61,511 bases of DNA from Thermococcus sp. JdFR-02 (GTDB lineage: Archaea; Methanobacteriota_B; Thermococci; Thermococcales; Thermococcaceae): assembly GCA_002009975.1 (NCBI GenBank), contig MTLP01000020.1, positions 1-61,511 on the forward strand. The letters are read 5' to 3'. Under the pieces are notes generated by a model. It was given only the letters and a program-made list of their open reading frames with translations, did no database searches and had not been told where the DNA came from. The translations under genes and the position numbers were made by a program. This document shows, one piece after another, positions 58,665 to 61,511 of the stretch. Numbering within the stretch: the first letter of the stretch is position 1; every line of letters begins with the position of its first letter.

Positions 58665-59429
58665 ATGGCTATGAAGGGAAAGTATATAGTAAGCTCAGCT
58701 TTAATAATCGCTGGTACTGCTATTTTGGGATACGGGGCAATAACTGCAAATCAAAGTCAAATCAACCTAGGCATAGCTGGAATTTTCTTGGGCTTAATAG
58801 TGCTGACTTTTAAGACTTCTGAGTACGTAAAAAGAGAGGCTTTAGATAATTTAGCCTCCCCATACATTAAAACTCTGCAAGAGCTTGTGAAAGATTTAGC
58901 CTTGGAAGGTAGAGCAGTGTATATTCCTCCCTATGAGAATTTGCCCAATGGAGGAACCTTTATTCCTTTGCATGAGGAGTTTGATCTAGATTTAGCGAGA
59001 TTGGATGAAGAGACCGTCTTTCTCACAAATGTTAGCAATGAGAGGCAGATGGGATTAAAGATAAGACCTCTTGGCTTAGAGCTTTTGAAAAAATATGAGG
59101 AGCATTTGGAGTATTCTCTGGAAGATACAAACTATAAAGAGGTTGAGAGTGCTTCATCTTCAGTTTTGAGGGTTTTGGATTTGGCTAAAGGCGTTTACAT
59201 CGATGAAGAGGATGGGAAGTTTAGGATAGTTGTTAACACTGTAAATAGAGAGATTTGCAGAAAGAATATAGACTACTGTGATCAGGTTGCCTGCCCAATA
59301 TGTTCATCAATTCTGCTTAGCTTAGCCAAAGCGACGGGTGAGTTAATAATGGCTGATAAATTCTCCATTACAGAGCATGGAATAGAAATAGAAGCAAAAA
59401 GATTGGGAGGAGTTGGAAATTGGATGTAG
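58665..59429 (+). CDS. Conserved hypothetical membrane-anchored protein
   Basis: Two N-terminal TM helices; C-terminal Cys cluster (CPIC). Confidence 0.7.
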   Translation: MAMKGKYIVSSALIIAGTAILGYGAITANQSQINLGIAGIFLGLIVLTFKTSEYVKREALDNLASPYIKTLQELVKDLALEGRAVYIPPYENLPNGGTFIPLHEEFDLDLARLDEETVFLTNVSNERQMGLKIRPLGLELLKKYEEHLEYSLEDTNYKEVESASSSVLRVLDLAKGVYIDEEDGKFRIVVNTVNREICRKNIDYCDQVACPICSSILLSLAKATGELIMADKFSITEHGIEIEAKRLGGVGNWM

Positions 59430-59662
59430 AGGACTACATAATCACATTTTTAAGCATATGGGTTTTAATTTCAGCATTAGCGACGAAAAGCGTTGATGTA
59501 TTTTTAACTTTAACTTTAATCGGTCTTTTAATAACTTTAGAAGTTGGAGGGCTATTTTTAGATAAAGAGCAGAAGGAAAATATCAAACCAGCAATAGAGC
59601 TGCTCTTAATAGTCTTTGGAATAATAGTGGCTAAGAAGGTTTATGAAGTCCTTTCAAAGTAA
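59420..59662 (+). CDS. Small hypothetical membrane protein
   Basis: 80-aa, about 3 TM helices; coupled within the operon. Confidence 0.7.
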   Translation: MDVEDYIITFLSIWVLISALATKSVDVFLTLTLIGLLITLEVGGLFLDKEQKENIKPAIELLLIVFGIIVAKKVYEVLSK

Positions 59663-59675
59663 CGGGGGAAGTGAA

Positions 59676-60662
59676 ATGAAGTGGAAAGACTACTGGGATT
59701 TGATAACGATCATATGCTTATCATTAATATTGGACTTTTTAATAGCCTTTTATCCAGACAGTTTACTTAGGAAAGCTCTTGGCTTAGCCTTTGTCCTCTT
59801 CTTCCCCGGCTATGTGTTTATAACAGCTTTATTCCCAAACAGGAAAGAGCTTGATAACCTTGAAAGATTGGCTCTAAGCTTTGGATTAAGCATAGCTATT
59901 GTTCCGTTAATTGGATTGGGCTTAAATTATACACCCTGGGGAATTCGCTTAATTCCAATTTTAGTTAGCTTAACAGCTTTTAACCTAATTTTTGGGGTTT
60001 TTGCAGTTTATAGAAGGGTTAATGCAGTTGATCCATGGATTCCAAAGGTCGACTGGCAGAAGCTTAAAGAGGAACTTGAATGGGATAAAGCGAGCAAGTT
60101 GGATAAAGCATTAACCGTGATTTTGATAATTGCGATAATCTCTTCAATCGCGACTTTAGCCTATGTTATAACTCATCCCAAGCCTGGAGAAAAATTCACT
60201 GAGTTCTACATTTTGGGTCCAGGTGGGAAGGCAAGTGACTATCCAACAGAGCTTTTCGTTGGAGAAGAGGGAAGAGTTATCTTGGGAATAGCAAATCACG
60301 AATACAGAAATGTCACTTATTTCGTTGAAGTCTGGCTCGTAAATTTAACCTATGACTTTGAGACCAACCAAACGTATATTCACAACATGTATCTAATAGA
60401 TACATTTAATGTCACGTTGCCTCACAAGCCGATAGATATTGAAGGAAATTGGACTCCTCAGTGGGAGATGAACTACACCTTCAAAATCAATAAACCCGGA
60501 AAATGGCAACTCTGGTTTTTGCTCTTTAAAGACGAAGAACCACCTCTGCCCAAGCCAATAAATAATGATTACGCCCAAACAAACGCAACTCAGAGGATTT
60601 TGGATGCAATTGATGGAAAGATACTGAGCTTAAAGCTCAATATTGAAGTTAGAAGGATTTAA
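59676..60662 (+). CDS. DUF1616 membrane protein
   Basis: FFPGY..ALFP, ERLALSFGLS and FTEFYILG..GKASDYP motifs. Confidence 0.88.
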   Translation: MKWKDYWDLITIICLSLILDFLIAFYPDSLLRKALGLAFVLFFPGYVFITALFPNRKELDNLERLALSFGLSIAIVPLIGLGLNYTPWGIRLIPILVSLTAFNLIFGVFAVYRRVNAVDPWIPKVDWQKLKEELEWDKASKLDKALTVILIIAIISSIATLAYVITHPKPGEKFTEFYILGPGGKASDYPTELFVGEEGRVILGIANHEYRNVTYFVEVWLVNLTYDFETNQTYIHNMYLIDTFNVTLPHKPIDIEGNWTPQWEMNYTFKINKPGKWQLWFLLFKDEEPPLPKPINNDYAQTNATQRILDAIDGKILSLKLNIEVRRI

Positions 60663-60680
60663 TGGAAATAGATTTATCTG

Positions 60681-61003
60681 CTATACCTTTAGGGTATCCC
60701 TTACAATTTTCAAAAATTCCTCAATAAAATTTAAAACAAACGCTGCTTCTTCTTCACTCACTAATGCTCCGCCGTATTGAACATTATGTCTCGAGACTCT
60801 GAGTTCATCAAAGATATTTATTAAATTCGTTATTCTAGGATTGTCTTTATACAAGTCCCTAATAGCTATTCCTAAGCAATAATGACTTCTTTCTTTAAAT
60901 CCTTTTGCAAAGAGTAATGCTCTTGCAATGTGAAATGCAGAGTTATAAGCAGCTATTTCTACCATCTCATAATCTTTGATTTCAAAATTTCTTTTTGCAG
61001 ATT
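60681..61003 (-). pseudogene. HEPN-domain gene, N-terminus cut off by IS insertion
   Basis: Frame reads SAKRNFEIKDYEMVEIAAYNSAFHIARALL...RHNVQY right up to the IS end at 61004. Confidence 0.75.
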
Positions 61004-61511
61004 GTGAACTACCCCTTGCTTACGCAAGGGGCTTCCCGCTTCACGGAGAGAACTTGCCCATCGATCACGTTTCTGTAGCTAATCACGAGGGGTAGAGGTT
61101 CTCTCCCCACGGGCGTTCGGGACCGTCCCAGCCCCACATCTAAGATGTTCAGGGAAGCGTTCAGATCTCTGTCCGCCTCCCAGTTGCATTTGGGACAGAC
61201 AAACCATCTATCATTTAGCCTGAGATCTTCCACAACATGACCACATTTAGCACATCTCTTTGATGTATTGGCAGGCTTAACTCTCACCACCCGCCTACCA
61301 GCTCTTTCAGCCTTGTAGGCGAGCAGTGAGAGGAATTTAGACCAGGCAGAGTCGAGAATGTGTCTGTTCAAGGTCGAGGGCTTACCGTTCTCGACCATAT
61401 CTTTAACATTCAAATCCTCAACGCATATTACATCGTAATTTCTGACGTAGTAGCAAGAGAGTTTGTGCAGAAAATCTAACCGCTGATTCTCAAGCTTCTC
61501 GTAGAGTTTAG
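61004..61511 (-). mobile_element. IS200/IS605-family element, right end (continues beyond window)
   Basis: tnpB 3' end followed by hairpin CCCCTTGC-GTAA-GCAAGGGG and terminal GTTCAC. Confidence 0.9.
61009..61511 (-). CDS. tnpB: RNA-guided endonuclease TnpB, 5'-truncated by window edge
   Basis: ICVEDLNV (RuvC-II), TSKRCAKCG..CPKC zinc finger, DRDLNASLNI (RuvC-III). Confidence 0.93.
   Translation of the reverse strand, partial: KLYEKLENQRLDFLHKLSCYYVRNYDVICVEDLNVKDMVENGKPSTLNRHILDSAWSKFLSLLAYKAERAGRRVVRVKPANTSKRCAKCGHVVEDLRLNDRWFVCPKCNWEADRDLNASLNILDVGLGRSRTPVGREPLPLVISYRNVIDGQVLSVKREAPCVSKG

Noticed and set aside
1-61511. CRISPR array or cas genes
   Set aside because: No regularly spaced 25-40-bp repeats with unique spacers and no Cas motifs seen

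Overview
This is archaeal DNA with Thermococcales-type gene content, GGTGA ribosome-binding sites and BRE/TATA promoters. 1-10 kb is mostly core: a partial thermosome gene, a flippase-like/PIG-A-like GT4/deacetylase operon, taw3, a Tk-subtilisin homologue, an SF1 helicase, tRNA-Glu and tRNA-Ile, and an NDP-sugar synthase. About 10-28.5 kb is an accessory island bracketed by a decayed copy of the NDP-sugar synthase 3' end. It holds a 181-bp rod-like hairpin with its own promoter, a PAPS-synthesis operon (RHH, sat, DHH, AP-family, TA pair, cysC, TauE), five ATPase-wHTH-nuclease genes with tandem palindromic operators, and TA modules. 28.5-48.7 kb is an N-glycosylation locus: aglB, rmlA, an atypical SDR, rmlC, rmlD and a flippase, converging on GT4s, a sulfatase-like enzyme, a deacetylase, a 3-hydroxyacyl-CoA dehydrogenase and an acyltransferase. 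The rest carries more TA/ATPase cassettes, a MoxR/DUF58 operon, DUF1616 genes and a HEPN gene interrupted by an IS200/IS605 tnpB element. All family calls come from motifs recognised by eye; no database searches were run.
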